Assembly (NCBI GenBank): GCA_964247055.1
Contig: OZ176058.1
Coordinates: forward strand, 1,116,001-1,180,000
Length of the DNA stretch: 64,000 nucleotides
Source: Paragordius varius
Lineage: Eukaryota > Animalia > Nematomorpha
Reading direction: 5' to 3'
Made by a program: the position numbers and the translations under genes. Below the pieces are notes generated by a model, which did no database searches, was not told the DNA's origin, and worked only from the letters and a program-made list of their open reading frames with translations. This document shows positions 49,493-63,500 of the stretch, one piece after another (positions within the stretch are counted from its first letter, which is position 1; every line of letters begins with the position of its first letter).

Positions 49493-50738
49493 GGGTGGAG
49501 TGAATAAAAAAAAGGAAACACTCTTTCCTTAGCTTTTTTAAGAGATTCCTTAATTTGGAGTGAATAAAAAGCTAAGGAAACCCTAAAAAAATTAATATTA
49601 GATTTTTAAGGAAACACTTGTTTTCAAGTGAATAAAAAAATTTATTAAAGGAAACCCTGCATATTTTTTAGGATGCTAAATACCATCCTTAAATATTTAT
49701 AAATTTTATAACAATCGATAGTAGAGGATCAAACAAGGCAATTAGAGCTAATATGGTTTTGATATTAGATTCGATAAGTTTAAATTTCAATTTTCAAAGC
49801 TATTTTTATATATTTTAGATTTTTCTAGTATATTTGGAATACAGTGTAGAAAATAAATGTTTGCTCAACGATCTTAGATAAAAAACAAAAAAACATATAA
49901 AATATGCATGAAAATCAATTATGTATGAAACAAATTCTACGATTTAATAATCAACCAATAAACTTTATGACAAAATACTTTTCCCTGATTTCGATTAAAG
50001 AAGAGGAAGTCCTGATGCGACAAAAATAAAAATTTTTTAAGATTTGCCGCAGATCCCGGGAATCAAATTTCTATTAAGCTAGTTTTTGGGGTAAACATTT
50101 TAACAAATCTCATTTCTTATTGTATGCAAGCCTCAAAAAATTTAAGTCAATCAGTTTCTTATTGATTCTTGTCAAATGAAATTTCTATAAAAACTTTTAT
50201 TTTATCATAAAAAATGTATAAATAAACTTTAATCTATTTATTATTTAATATCATAAAATTTAGATTGTCATAATAATTCGAAAATTCTTCCGATTCTGTG
50301 CGATCTTAAGAATTTAGGAAAATTTCCTCCGATTTCGTGCGATCTTTTATGACAACGTTTCTCTATTATTTAAATCATATTTTTTTGATTGAAGTTTTCA
50401 TATCTATCGCTATATCTGATCTATCACATAATAATTCTTTGTTTGTGTCAACAAATCATTTTGTAGATTTTTATAAGCTTCTTTTTTTGAATTACAATAT
50501 ATGGTACCATAGATTTGTTTAAAACTATGGGATATCTAAATTATTAAATATTAAGTTACTTGCAAGAAGAAGTATCAATTTTTCTTTAGGTACATTTCTA
50601 TCGGTTTTAGGCATGGTTTAAGGAAGCTCGAGAGTTAATCAGATGTGTTTTTTATATGAATTATAAGGAAACCCTTTCTTTGAAAAAGTGAGCATAGGAA
50701 ACACTTAAAGGGTTTCCTTTTTTTTATTCATTCCACCC
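49493..50738. mobile_element. 1.25-kb non-autonomous TIR element, possibly PIF/Harbinger-like
   Basis: TIRs GGGTGGAGTGAATAAAAAAAAGGAAAC / GTTTCCTTTTTTTTATTCATTCCACCC. Comparison with the empty site in copies 1 and 2 implies a 3-bp TTT duplication. Subterminal GTGAATAAAAA..GGAAAC repeats are present. Confidence 0.75.
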
Positions 50739-50745
50739 TTTGTCT

Positions 50746-52130
50746 TTAACTTATCGATGATAATACTTTGATTGTTTCCTCTATTATTGTTATGGGGTGG
50801 CGGTTGTGAATACGAGTCGTGATTTTCTGAGTCTTCGGAAAAATTTTCAAATCTTGAACCAGATAATATCTCCGATATGGCACCTCCTTCATAAACACGC
50901 AAAAGCCCAGCACAAAGGTAAGGAGAAACAGAAAGAGTACTAACAATAAAATTATGAGCCATCCACCTAAAGGAATAGGTTCACGCTTTTCATAAAAATC
51001 ACCTGGATTAAAACCTAAATGAATATATGTATATATATATATATATTAAAAATGTTAAAAATATAACTTCTAGCCTTTGCTACCAATGACTACATCGATA
51101 GTTAAAAACAACATGGAAATGGGTTTTCTTAAACAAATAAAATGAAGAACCAGTAGTTCTTATCATTTAAAATCTATCTTACCCTTGTGCTATTTTAACC
51201 ATACTCTGGTTGGGCTAGCCCCGTCAATAGCTCTAATACCTTGTATTTTTTGTGTTAACAGTAATCAGTTGAACAATATTTTCGCAAAATTATAATTACT
51301 TTTAAAACTTTAATTCCTTTTTACAAATTTATTTTTGTTTTACCTTCTCCGAAATTAGCGGGACTTGGACTCCGTTCCGGCAACGAGGTTGATACTGAAT
51401 GATGTATCAATGATTTTTTATACGCATACTTTTCACTTTTATTTTGATAGGCTTGATTGAATTGCAATAATAACTCTTGTATTTCACGATCGTTATCCCG
51501 GTATACTGGGTTGGCGGTTGTTGTTTGATGGGTGTTTGCTTTAATGTTTTGTACAAGTAGTTCATTCCATAAACTTTGTATTTTCTCGTATTCTTTAGAT
51601 CCGTTATGAATGTTATCGACCATTTTAAAAGATTTTGAATCGTTTGACTGTTTATAGGATGGATCTAATCCGATTGGCAAAGTGTCAGACCTGAAAGGTG
51701 CTGGAGATTGCTCAAATATTTTTTTCAAAACTTTGTTTCGTATTTGTTTGATGATATTCTTTACCGTTGAATAATTGCAGTTTTTATGTGGTTTAACCAT
51801 GTACCCTTTTGTATTGGATTGAGTTGTTACCAATGTTTTAAGGAACGTTTGATTATTATCCAATATATTTGTAACATAGATAGCTTTTGGTGTGGGGGAA
51901 GTATGCTCACCAACTAACTCATTTGCTAACCCTTTTAGGGCATTTATCAAACGATGATGATTACCGTTTGTCGTAATGTTTGTAAAATCTCTACCAAGTG
52001 TTGTTTTTGTTGAATTGCGTAGGGATTTAATTTCAGTCTTAGAACTTGTTTTTGTAGGTGTAGCCATGCTACATAAATCAAAACATGCAATGACAATTAA
52101 TAATAGTTTTGTTAATTGCATAGTAGTCAT
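50746..52130 (-). CDS. Membrane protein copy 3: intact signal, ectodomain and TM helix, truncated cytoplasmic tail (about 351 aa); may be a pseudogene
   Basis: Exon 1 is 52130-51344 (787 nt, GAAG|gtaaaa, no stops). Exon 2 starts at 51014 (atttag|GFNPGDFYEKREPIPLGGW...). A 1-nt deletion in an A-run near 50840 gives a stop at 50746, and the transposon insertion at 50738 removes the rest regardless. Confidence 0.6.
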
Positions 52131-52419
52131 TTTTTGATAGTTTTTTAAATGGCAATAAATAAGTGATTGTTGACATCCTCCTAAACGTCAAGTTATTTTT
52201 TAATTTGTGAAAGACATTTTTATTATGAGAGGCGGGTGGTCTATAATAATGAGTGGGAAGTCGTACTTGACTTGTAAGTGAAGTGTGGCAAGTTGAGCAA
52301 CTTTACTTAAGCCAGGAAGTGTACACATGAATATCGGTGATTAAAAAAACCTAGGTCAAGTATTTTGCTGGTGAATGTAACATTTTTTGCCACACAATTC
52401 AAATTATTCAATTTGTAGT

Positions 52420-53674
52420 ACGCCTTTTACACATTTCGCCAATCTCACAAATAATATAAAAAAGCCATGGCAAGAAATTGATTTGCGACGAACCATTTTC
52501 CTAGGCTATTTTCTAACTTCTTGAAAATTTCGAAGTTTTGCTCTGCAAGGGTGTGCCCCTTTGATGCGAAGATGCAATAATTATATGGCGTCAGGTCATG
52601 AGAGTTTATGAGATAAAATTTCCCGAGGTGATTTAAGATGTACTAAATGGGTTTGCTCTGGGGGACACAGCATTGTCTTGTAGCATAATTACTTCGCAAT
52701 ATCTTCTGGACCATTCCGGTTGTTTGAGATAAATGCATGTTTTAAGTTGATAATATTTTTTTGGCAATAACCTTATGTATTAATGGATTCAACATCAAAA
52801 GTTAAAATGCACAATACCACTCTGGTATCAAGCAGATACATAGCATAAACATATTCCACGTGATTTGGCCTCCATACGGATGTACCTGTTGGCAAGGTAG
52901 TGGAAAACACCATTTTTCCGCTTTTAATTCTTAAAATAACACTTTACGTCACCCGCCACTATTTGATTTAAAAAATTTTTATTTCCGTGGCATTGAAGCG
53001 ATTGTTACAAATGAAATATTTTTTTTTAATTTTAGATTTGACGTATAATATTACCAATTTTTTTGATATTACCCATTGCTTGTACACATGTACTGATTGT
53101 TTTACATACAATGACTTAGATAATAACCGTTATTTTAACTTTTATAATCTATTAACTCTTATAATTTATATTTTCCCAGTTGTGTGTGGAATACCAACGC
53201 ATTCCCTTTTACAGTGTCACACCACGAACTTTATAATTACATTTGCACGTTAAATTTAAGGAAACATAGCTTATTATAAGTTTTTAACAGTAAATAATAA
53301 CTTTCAGCACGGTTTTCTTCTGATGGAACAAAAAAGCAATGCGTGCTGAAAATATTCTTGTGTAGGATAAAATTCGACATTACTGAATGATAAAAATAGC
53401 ACGTTAGTTTTTGGCGGACTTGAAAATGATTGTTTAATGACAAATGAACAAAATGGTGTCTGGTCAAAATATTTGGTTGCATTTTTTACTGACATGTCGG
53501 TAATATTATCCATCATAAGGTTGATCGGATCTCTAATCTTTGCATGCTTTGAAGCTGCAGAGATTTGGGAATCATAAACGTTTGCGTGTAAAATAATTGG
53601 AAAGATTAAATCAAAAACATTGTAATTATTTATCAAATCAAATTCAACACGCACTTTAACAAAATACACTTTGA
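52420..53674 (-). mobile_element. Second copy of the decayed mariner
   Basis: Collinear with 28620-29830. MSNF start at 53380. The 3' TIR is lost at the junction with the copy-3 promoter region. Confidence 0.85.
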
Positions 53675-53999
53675 TCGACGAAAGCTAAAAAATCGAATTT
53701 TGATGACAATTAAAGTAGTGAGATCAGACGATGCGAAAAATGTTGGATGGACAATCTAATGAACCTAAATATAATTACAAGTTTGACTTCTGCATTTAAC
53801 CGAACAAATAGCCAATAAATAGTAAAAATTAAATAAGGACAAAACGTAAAAATAGGACAAATTTTTTTAAAATAACAACCATCCTTTTTCATACCCTAAT
53901 TTATCCTATTAAAAACTTATAATAACGATCGTAAAATATGTAATTGATTGTATTACCAAAATACACCTTTATATGGAATTTAAAACAATGTGTTATATT

Positions 54000-55467
54000 T
54001 AAGGTGACCAGATTTTTTGAAGGAAAAAGCGGGACAAATCTGAGAAGGGGGGGTCATTGAGGGTACAACCAAAAATTTTTATACAAAAAATTTATTGTAA
54101 TTATTTATTTTTAACACAAATACATTATAAATATAAAAAAATTTGTACCTCACAGGTTGTTTGTACCTTATTCAATAAATTTACATGTGCATGAACAAAG
54201 TGATTGTAATATTCTAGAAAAAAATAATAAGACGAAATCATCACAAAGTGCGCTGTGTGATGCAAGAAGCGGCACAAAAAATATTTTTAACAATTTAGCG
54301 AATAATCTTAATCAAAACATTATTGGCAGATACACAACGCTATTCAAACATCTACTGATTTGTTACCCCTGGATGTGGAAAATATAATGTTAAAATGCTT
54401 GGATATTGTAGAACTGTTGGTAAGCTCTTTTGCCAGCGATTGAAATATTTATAAAAATGTGATCTCCTATAATCTTATCACAGGACAAAGGTCAATATTC
54501 CAAGTCAAAAAAGGTTTAATTTTGTTTCATGGTGATTTGATCAATCAGAGTATAGGGATAAGAAATTAATTTTCAGCAAATTTTTTGTATTTCAGAAAAT
54601 GCATGTGGCGAAAGGACAACAATGGCTTCAGCCTTTGTACAGGCACATGTAAATTTTTTATGGAATAACGTGCGAATAACCTGTGAGGTACAGTCCATAG
54701 ATCTAGAGGAATGATTGTGATTAACGGCGTGAAAAGATAACACGCCCTCAGCTAGTGCCAAATTCTTTTCTTCCTCTCCAAAAGCGGTTTATCAAAAAAA
54801 ATCTCTTATTTTGTAAGATGATGCCGCCATATCTAAACATTTTTTATGTTTCTGTGTTTCCATATGCTTTGTAATATCATGCAAGCCGCCATGTGCTAGG
54901 GTGAATTCCCCTCGCATATAAGACATTTAACAGATGATTGTTCTTCGTTTTTTTGATGAAAGGAAAATCTTTCATTAATTCATTGAATTAACAACCTCTT
55001 TTTGTGCTCATATTTATAAACTACTATTAGTATTAAATATTATATTACCTTAATTTTCTGGAATAAACGTGTAAGGTACCGATTTGTGGTATCAATTTGT
55101 CTTTTAAGCTACCGATTTGTGGTATTAATTTAACTTTTTAATAATGTTGGCAAGTAATAAAACTAAGATATTAGTATAATAAATATTATAGTACCTTAAT
55201 TTTCGGAATAAACGTGTAAGGTACTGATTTGTGGTATCTTGTCGTTTAAGCTACCGATTTGTGGTATTAACTTGTAATTTAAAATTTATATGGATTTTAA
55301 AAATATTTTATGATAAAAAATTTAAACGGATAAAAAAATTTATTTGTATTAAAAATTTTTTTATATAATCGTGAAAAAGCGGGACATTTTAAAAACGTAG
55401 CGGGACGCGGGACAAAGTGTCCAAAAGCGGGACTGTCCCGCCAAAAACGGGACGTCTGGTCACCTTA
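54000..55467 (-). mobile_element. Internally deleted hAT transposon with transposase remnants, nested in a CAGTAAAAATT MITE (about 53820-55567)
   Basis: TIRs TAAGGTGACCAGA / TCTGGTCACCTTA and a perfect 8-bp TSD GTTATATT. CGGGAC subterminal repeats. The minus-strand remnant reads CLIC..FTLAHGGLHDITKHMETQKH and LAEGVLSFHAVNHNHS..SMDCTS..F.C..TKAEAI. Confidence 0.92.
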
Positions 55468-55821
55468 GTTATATTCAAAAAAGATTTAAAAAGTATGGTT
55501 TTATTTTAGAAAAAAATAATTATCTTTATATTTTTACCTTTTGTCCGTATAATTTCAATTTTTACTGTATATTTAAAAATAACTAACATCTTACCCCAAT
55601 AGGTACTTTAATTTTAATATATATGGCCACCGGTCGGAAACGTTTTAACCTGCTTCAATATATAATTATCTTTTTCCTCTTATTTTATTTGTAATTAAAA
55701 CTAATATTATAATTATTATAAACTAGTGTGTGATTTTACTATATTTTTAAAAGATTTATTCACACTTATTATTTTTCAATCGATTTTATCGAAATTATTT
55801 CCATGATGGGACAATTAATAA

Positions 55822-55946
55822 CACCATATGTTATAACAATTTAAAGCAGGAATGTCTATCACGCTTTGTTCGGTATGCAAAAGTGCTCTAAAAAAATGTT
55901 AAAAAAATAAAAAATTGGATTTCATTAACAAATTTATGATTATTTT
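55822..55946. promoter_or_regulatory. Paralogous conserved non-coding block
   Basis: Near-identical to 30246-30371. Confidence 0.5.
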
Positions 55947-56765
55947 ATAGATATATCACATCCAAAAATTCTCAAAATAAAAACCAAAAATTACAAAGCA
56001 GCCCACGATGATATTTGTGTAAGACACCCCTGATATTAAAACATATCATTTACAAAATAAAATAAACTGGTTACATAATCAGATCAAGGCAGATAAAATT
56101 CTAGTCAGGACCGGAAAATACTCTTTTGATATACCTGCTTTTTTATCGTTTTCCCTATTTACCATTTTAAGACCCATATAATTAATACTACTTACTGTTA
56201 TATTTAGGCTAACATATTTACAGCAAAAATTGGAATACTTAAAATATAAAGTCAAATATTTTTTTCAAAAAAACAACGATACTTTTTTAATCTTGTTTTT
56301 TTTTCAATATCAATCAAATATAACTCATTGTTTTAAAAAAAGCATCATAGTCAAATCCAAATTGGTAACATAATCAATTATAAATTTTACGATTGTAATT
56401 AAATGATTTTTATAGGTAAATTATTTAAAAAAGTATGGTTGTCTTTAAAAATATTTGTGTCCGTATAATTTCAATTTTTACTTTAATTAAATTTTTATTG
56501 CTATATTTAGGTTGACAAAATCAAAGGCAGAACGTTTTTTTCATTTACCCTTAGAGATATATTAACGGTGAAAACAATTTTAGATTTAGCGGCTGCCTAG
56601 AACCAGTATTTTAATTAACTGTACCCTAAGATAAAAAAATTTAACTGTGTGATGTAAAACAAACATACACTGAACGAGTGATATTTAAATTCATAAGGCA
56701 AAACATAATAATTTCATTAAAATGTACGCTAAATTCGAAATTAACCCTTAATAAACAAACACGGA

Positions 56766-56875
56766 ACACACTGTACTACTTGATTGGTAAAATCAAATAC
56801 AGGTGATACATACCTCGTTATTTTTATATAAAAAAAGATATAAATACCAAAATACTATCTACCATTCATCATTTT
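56766..56875 (+). promoter_or_regulatory. Core promoter of micro-exon gene copy 2
   Basis: ATTGG, CAGGTG, TATAAATA (56839-56846) and Inr-like TCATT arranged as in copy 1. Confidence 0.65.
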
Positions 56876-56922
56876 ATTTTTAATTTTTATATCATCTAAA
56901 ATTCAATTCACCACATAATAAT

Positions 56923-59900
56923 ATGGAGCAATCACATGATGGAACTATTAATTTACGATTTGTGACAATGACTTGCTTAATTAGTTTAATGATTGCTCTT
57001 CTAATATTCCCAGTAGGAGTGAATAGCTGTATGCTTTAAACATTTTTTACTCTGATTGATTTTATCAAAATTTTTTTAAATTTCTGTTAAGATACAGTAC
57101 AATATTAAAATTATGCGGACAATACGTGAAAATATAAAGACAAATATTTTTTGTTAAAGTTAACAATACTTTTGAAACTTAATTTTTCTAAATATAACTT
57201 ATTGTTTCAAACTATGAAGTATGATATAGAGATGTTTATTAGTAACACAATCCATTATTTAATTTGCAGTTCAAAATAATCAGATATATTAAAATAATCC
57301 AATATTTAAAAAGCATGGTAGTTTTTTAAAAAAATATTTGTCTTTATATTTTTACCTTTTGTCCGTATAATTTCGAATTTTACTGTAAAAACAATGGACT
57401 CGGTCCCGTAAAATTTGAAATCGAAGCCAAAACTATAATTAACACCAAGATTATATTCATTTGAATATTTATTTGGCAATAAACCAATTTGATTTTTATA
57501 TCTAAAAAGATAAAAGAGTACAGTATATACAATGTCGAAATAAAGTATAAAATACTTTTTTTTTACTACTAAATAAGTTAATTTGAGTCATATAATATTG
57601 GGCAAAAATCGAACTATTTTATAATTTGGAAACGAATATTTCACGCGATTTCTTGTCTGTAAGGGGCGTATCAGTCTGAAAAAAATATGTCAATATTTAT
57701 TTAGCCAAGTAAAAATGGTAAATTTTTGGCATAATTTGTTATAGGAAAAACACAAGCCGCAATTTTGCGAAAAATAAATGCAAAATTATTATTGATAAAA
57801 TTTTTTGAAACGCAAAGCTTTCATAAACGAGTAAACATCGAAGGGTTTAAGACATGTCTAAATATTGTCCCAATTTTGCGGTTTAATAACTGTAAAACAA
57901 ACGGAAAGCCAGAAAAGGCAAAATGAATTTGTTAGATAACAATTCGACACAAAACTGTGAAAACACCTTAAAATAATCGTTTCAAAAAAATTTTTTCCAC
58001 ATCCTTTAACTGAATCTTTTTATCAATGGGAACGGGATCGACGAATGAGTTTCAGCATAAAGCAATCAACATTTTTTTGGCACTAAATTTACTATTTACA
58101 GTTCAAATTCACCCTTTAACAATTATATTCATCCTAAAACAATTCAAATTAACCCTTAAACAATTCAAATTCCCCCTAAAATTATGTGTTTTTGAACTAA
58201 TTTAACTAACTCATTATTAATCTGCAATTTATCTTTATGGCATAGTTTATTATTTTTTTAGTATTATTTTAATTTTAAATAAAATTGCATTTTTTAAAAC
58301 ATATAAAAAAATTAACTAATTTTTAATCTAAAAAAAACACTCAATTTATTATACGGTAAATTTGAATTGTTCTAGGGTTATTTTGAATTGTTTAAGGGTG
58401 ATTCTGAACTGTAAATGGTGTATATAAACTATTGGTGAGTTAGTAAGATGTCTGAAAGTCGATTGACAATATTAAAAAGTGTAATTGATGATTTCCTTTC
58501 AAAATTATATAGTTTTTTTACTGCAAGTGTAAAAATATATGGATACCCTAGTATGGGTGTTTGAGTGTGTCAAATTATGGATTGTAATTTTTGTTAAGGC
58601 TAATATAAGTAGAACACAAAAAATGTTATTCTAAAATAGTTTAATGAAATATATACAGTAAAAATGGAAATTATACAGACAGGTGAAAATATAACGAGAA
58701 ATATTTTTCTCAATAAGACAACCATACTTTTTTAATTCTTGATTAATTTTAAATATATCTGATTGTTTTAAACTAAAAAGTATAATATAGAAATGTAAAT
58801 TGGTAACACAATCAATTAGGTATTTTACGATTGTAATAAAAATTAAGGTTTAAAAAAGTAAGAGTTTGTCTTTTGAAAAAAAATTTGACTTTATATTTTA
58901 TATTTTGTCCGTATAATTTCAATTTTTACTGTATAATATTTAGACGGCAGCCATGGGGGACGCGGTGGTTATGGCGGAGGTGGAGGTAAATATAATTTCT
59001 TTCTTAAACATGGGGAGAGTCAGTTAACATTAGGAAGCTAATTTTATCTTTAAATGTTAATTATTTTTTTGGTTTTGAAAACAAGTTTTATAAAAATCTA
59101 CATATAAAGTTTATTAACTTGTTTTAAGATTAGATACAGTAGTAAGTATACATTGCTAGAAAGTTATTAATTATTCCCACATAGCATACTCAGCAGCAAA
59201 GAGCATTATTATCGGCTATTAATAGTAAAAAGTGAAAAAAATAGCTATAAGTCAATAATACTGCCCTTTGTGGTATATGTTATTTAGCAATAATTAATAA
59301 ATAACTTTCTACCAATATATACTTATAGCTTTAAAATTATTAGATAATATGCAAAATAAATAATATTTTTTATTTATATAATGTGTGTAATGATTAAATT
59401 TTATCAAAAAATAAAATATTTCCAATTCCGTGAGTTTTTATCGTGAGAGGCACGTTAAATGACTCTATGGAATATTAGATCAAACAATCACTATAAAAAC
59501 TTAACTCCTTAATATACCGTTTGCACTTCAAGGGTGGCCTTGAACATTTCAAGTTTATCCTTGAACACTTCAATTTAAAAATTTTAAGGGCCAACTTGAA
59601 GTGTTCATGGACTTACTTTAATTCAAGGACCAACTTGAAATGTCGGATTAAATATTCAGGGGGACACTCTTGAAGTGCAAATGACATATATTTCTAAAGA
59701 TGTATATATATGGCGTCTTTTCTATAAAAAAATTTAATAAACATAAAAGAATTTCATATTATATCTAAAATTACATTTGTTTTAGGTGGTGGGGGAGGCG
59801 TAGGTGGACAACCTGGTCAACCTGGTAAGGCAAAATTATAATATTTTGTTTGATTTAAATCACAATTACGATTTTTTAATTAAACATTTAATTTAATTTA

Positions 59901-60072
59901 TTCTTTGTTTTAAGTTTAATTTTTTAACAACTCATGATGATGCCATTGGGAGAAAGAACGTTTGAGTTTTTAATAAATAATTTATTTTTATTTCTTACAT
60001 TATTCACACGACGTTAATACGAATGTTATTTAACAACCCTTCGTCGTCACCCACACAAAATTATAATATTTG

Positions 60073-60110
<38 letters not shown>

Positions 60111-60506
60111 TATCATTTACAGTTCTAATTCACCCTCGAACAATTCAAATTCTCCCTAAAATAATTTATATGTTTTTAAAGATTAAAAATTATCTATATT
60201 TTTTATAATTTTAAAAAATGCGAAATTTCGTTTAAAATTAAAATATTACTGAAAAAATTATAAACTAAGCGGGGGGTGAATTTGAATCCTTCAAGAGTTA
60301 TTTGAATTCAAGTGTGAATTTGAATTGTAAATGGTATATGATAGATAAATATATTTTTTTCTAGGTAGAAGAGGGCAACCTGGTAGGCCTGGACAGCCTG
60401 GTAGAATTTATATTTTGCAAATATTTTTACACTTTTTTTCATTGAAAATTAATTAAAATTATTTTTATCATCACTAACCCTAATAATTAGTATATAATTT
60501 ACGTAA

Positions 60507-60566
<60 letters not shown>

Positions 60567-63500
60567 GACATATTTATGCTGCCCCCCTAATGTTATTTTT
60601 GATTAATTGGTGCAATACAGTAGTGTATGGGTAAAAACAATAAGAAGTTGAAATTAAACAATTTTTCCTATCTTACAGCGTTACTAAGGTTGATTGATTA
60701 TTTAGTTTTATGGACAAAATTAGTTTCAAATATACGCAACTGTATTATACCATTTGAACAACAATAAAGTTGATTCGCCAGTCTAAGTGCATACTGTAGG
60801 CTCTAAATATAAAATGGATAAAACGGAAATGAATAGTGCACAAATAATTTATAACTCTTCTGGTGCTTTTAGACTTGAGTTTAAGGAGTCAATTAGGAAA
60901 GATATTTTCTTTTTTTATGGCTACTCTGTATGAAAAATGGCAAAATCGGCCCAGAATTAATATTGTGGTGAAGGAAAAGAACCTCATTTTTTCCATCTTA
61001 TAAATATCTGAAGTAAAAGCCGAGTTATATATTAGAAACTTTTAATTTGGCAGGTGAAAGTCTTTTTAATACAGTAAAATCTGAAATTATACGTATATAA
61101 CGAAAAATAACAAATATTTTTTTCTAAAAGACAATCATACTTTTAAATAAGATTTATATCAATGAAACTCATTGTTTTAAACGGCAAAGTGTGAAATATA
61201 TATAATACTACATCAATTTTATATTTTACAATTGTAATTTAATAACATAGATGAAAAAAATTTAAGTTTACAAAAGATGATTGTCTTTTAGAAAAAAATA
61301 TTTTTCCTTATATTTTTACGTTTTGTCCGCATAATTTTAATTTTTACTGTGCATCGCTAGTTTTAAAACACAAAAGAACTAGCTGAGATTACGAGTTAAA
61401 ATTTTAATGCTTGATAAATAATTAATTAAATCAATACAATTTAAATTTGGCAAAATTTTGTTTAAGTGTATTACAGTAAAAATTAAAATTTTACGGACAA
61501 AACGTAAAATTATGAGACAAAGATTTTTTTTAAAAGACCACCATACTTTTTTTATCTTAATATCTAAAAATGTAACTCATTGTTTAAAAATGTAAATAAT
61601 AAATCAGCGAGGTAACACAATCAATTATGTATACATTAATAAATGATTATAAGAAAAATTCAAGTTTAAAAAAGTATGGTTGTTTTTTGTTAATATATTC
61701 TTACGTTTTGTCTGTATAGTATCGATTTTTACTGTATATGGTATCTGAATTATGGTGTGAGGGTTTAAAAACACGCTAACATATCATAATTATACTTTAA
61801 GTAAATTTGTAAAAACTCCGCTATTCACATTAAATTTGGAGACAAATGAAATTACAGTAGAAACTGAAATTTACGGACTAAACGTTAAAATATAGAAAAT
61901 ATTTTTTTCTAAAAGACAACCATAGTTTTTTAACCTTAATTTATACTATAAAAAACATTTAATTAAAATTAATTCATAATTGATTCTGTTATCAACTACT
62001 GTATATTGCATTTTAAAACAATGAGTTTTATTGAAATAATTCAAGTTTACAAAAGTATGATTGTCTTTTAGAAAAAATTATTTGCCCTTATATTTTTACG
62101 TTTTATCTGTATAATTTAAATATTTACTGTAATTTGTAATATGAATTAATTTATTATTATTAGGTGGTGGGCGAAAAATAGGAGGGCAACCTGGACGGCC
62201 CGGACAGCCTGGTATATGTTAAACATTATTTCAATCTAAAATAATATGGTCAACTTTTTTACATATGTTAAAAATAACCCTTAAAACTCTTTCTGATTAG
62301 CAAAGAAACTAAATCATTATATAAATACGAAAAATAAATCGTTAATATTTTAATTTTATTTATTTTAATCTAAAACAGCTAAAGTCTAATCATTATTCCA
62401 GTGCAGAAATATCATTTAATGTAATTTATTTTAATTTTAGGTGGAAATGTCTATGGTAAGAGTGTAAATTGCGATACATTTTCCAAAGCTGTATATATAT
62501 ATATATATAAATATATATTTATTTATTTTTAACAAGGTTTACCTATATATAAATTAAAACATCCTGACTGTCACCGGCGACCTCTTCGATTTAAATTGGG
62601 GTATCTAAATACCCCTAAGTTTATATTTTTAAAAACTACTAAAAAACGGTTTCGATTTAAAATTATGCTTCTATCCTAATAAAAATTATACTAAAAAGCC
62701 AAAATATTTAAATAAAATTTAGTTTTGAAAAAAAAGGTTCCGTACCAAACTGCTTCGACGGTATTTTTATTTTACAACATTATTGAAAAATATCGTGTTT
62801 ATTTGATTCTAAGGCTAAAATTAAGTTAACTTTTTATTAAAATCACATTTAACATTAATATAAACACATAATTTTTATATTTAACTATGTTGGCTAAATT
62901 TTTACCTTTGATTTTTACCTTAAAATATGTAATATCGTGTGTTTTAAAGTTTGTTTATATTTGGGTTAATTAATATTATAAAAGTGCAAACTTTTGCCAT
63001 GGTTTTAATTTATTCCATATTTTTGATATATTTAATCTTAAACTAACCCTGGGGTATCCAACTACCACAATTTGAATTGAAGGACTGAAATAAATGTATT
63101 GTATCCAAGTGGTTAATTAGTTTTAAAGCTTTAAATATTTTTTTAATGCAATTCGTTGTTAACATGAATATTATATGCCAAAAATAAGAAAATACTATTC
63201 TTTTAGGTATTCACGGACAACCCGGAAAGCCTGAGCCTGGTAAATCTAACTTTTTATTTTTAAAAACAATATTATATACATAAAAAGTATATAATCCCAA
63301 AATAATTTATAAATTGAAATTCTACGGATAAACTGTAAAAACATTAAAATAAATAATTTTTTTACAAGACAATATCATATTTATGAAATATTATTTTTTA
63401 AATAAAACTGATTGTTTTAAACTGAAAAGTATAACATAGAGATGAAATTGTGGTAACACAATCAATTATGCGTTTTATGATTGAATTCAATGATATTTAT

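Noticed and set aside
50705-50962. MAHNF... ORF as the true start of the downstream ORF
   Set aside because: It is an off-frame ATG inside exon 2 that reaches the main frame only through the copy-3 1-nt deletion. In copies 1 and 2 it stops after about 42 codons.
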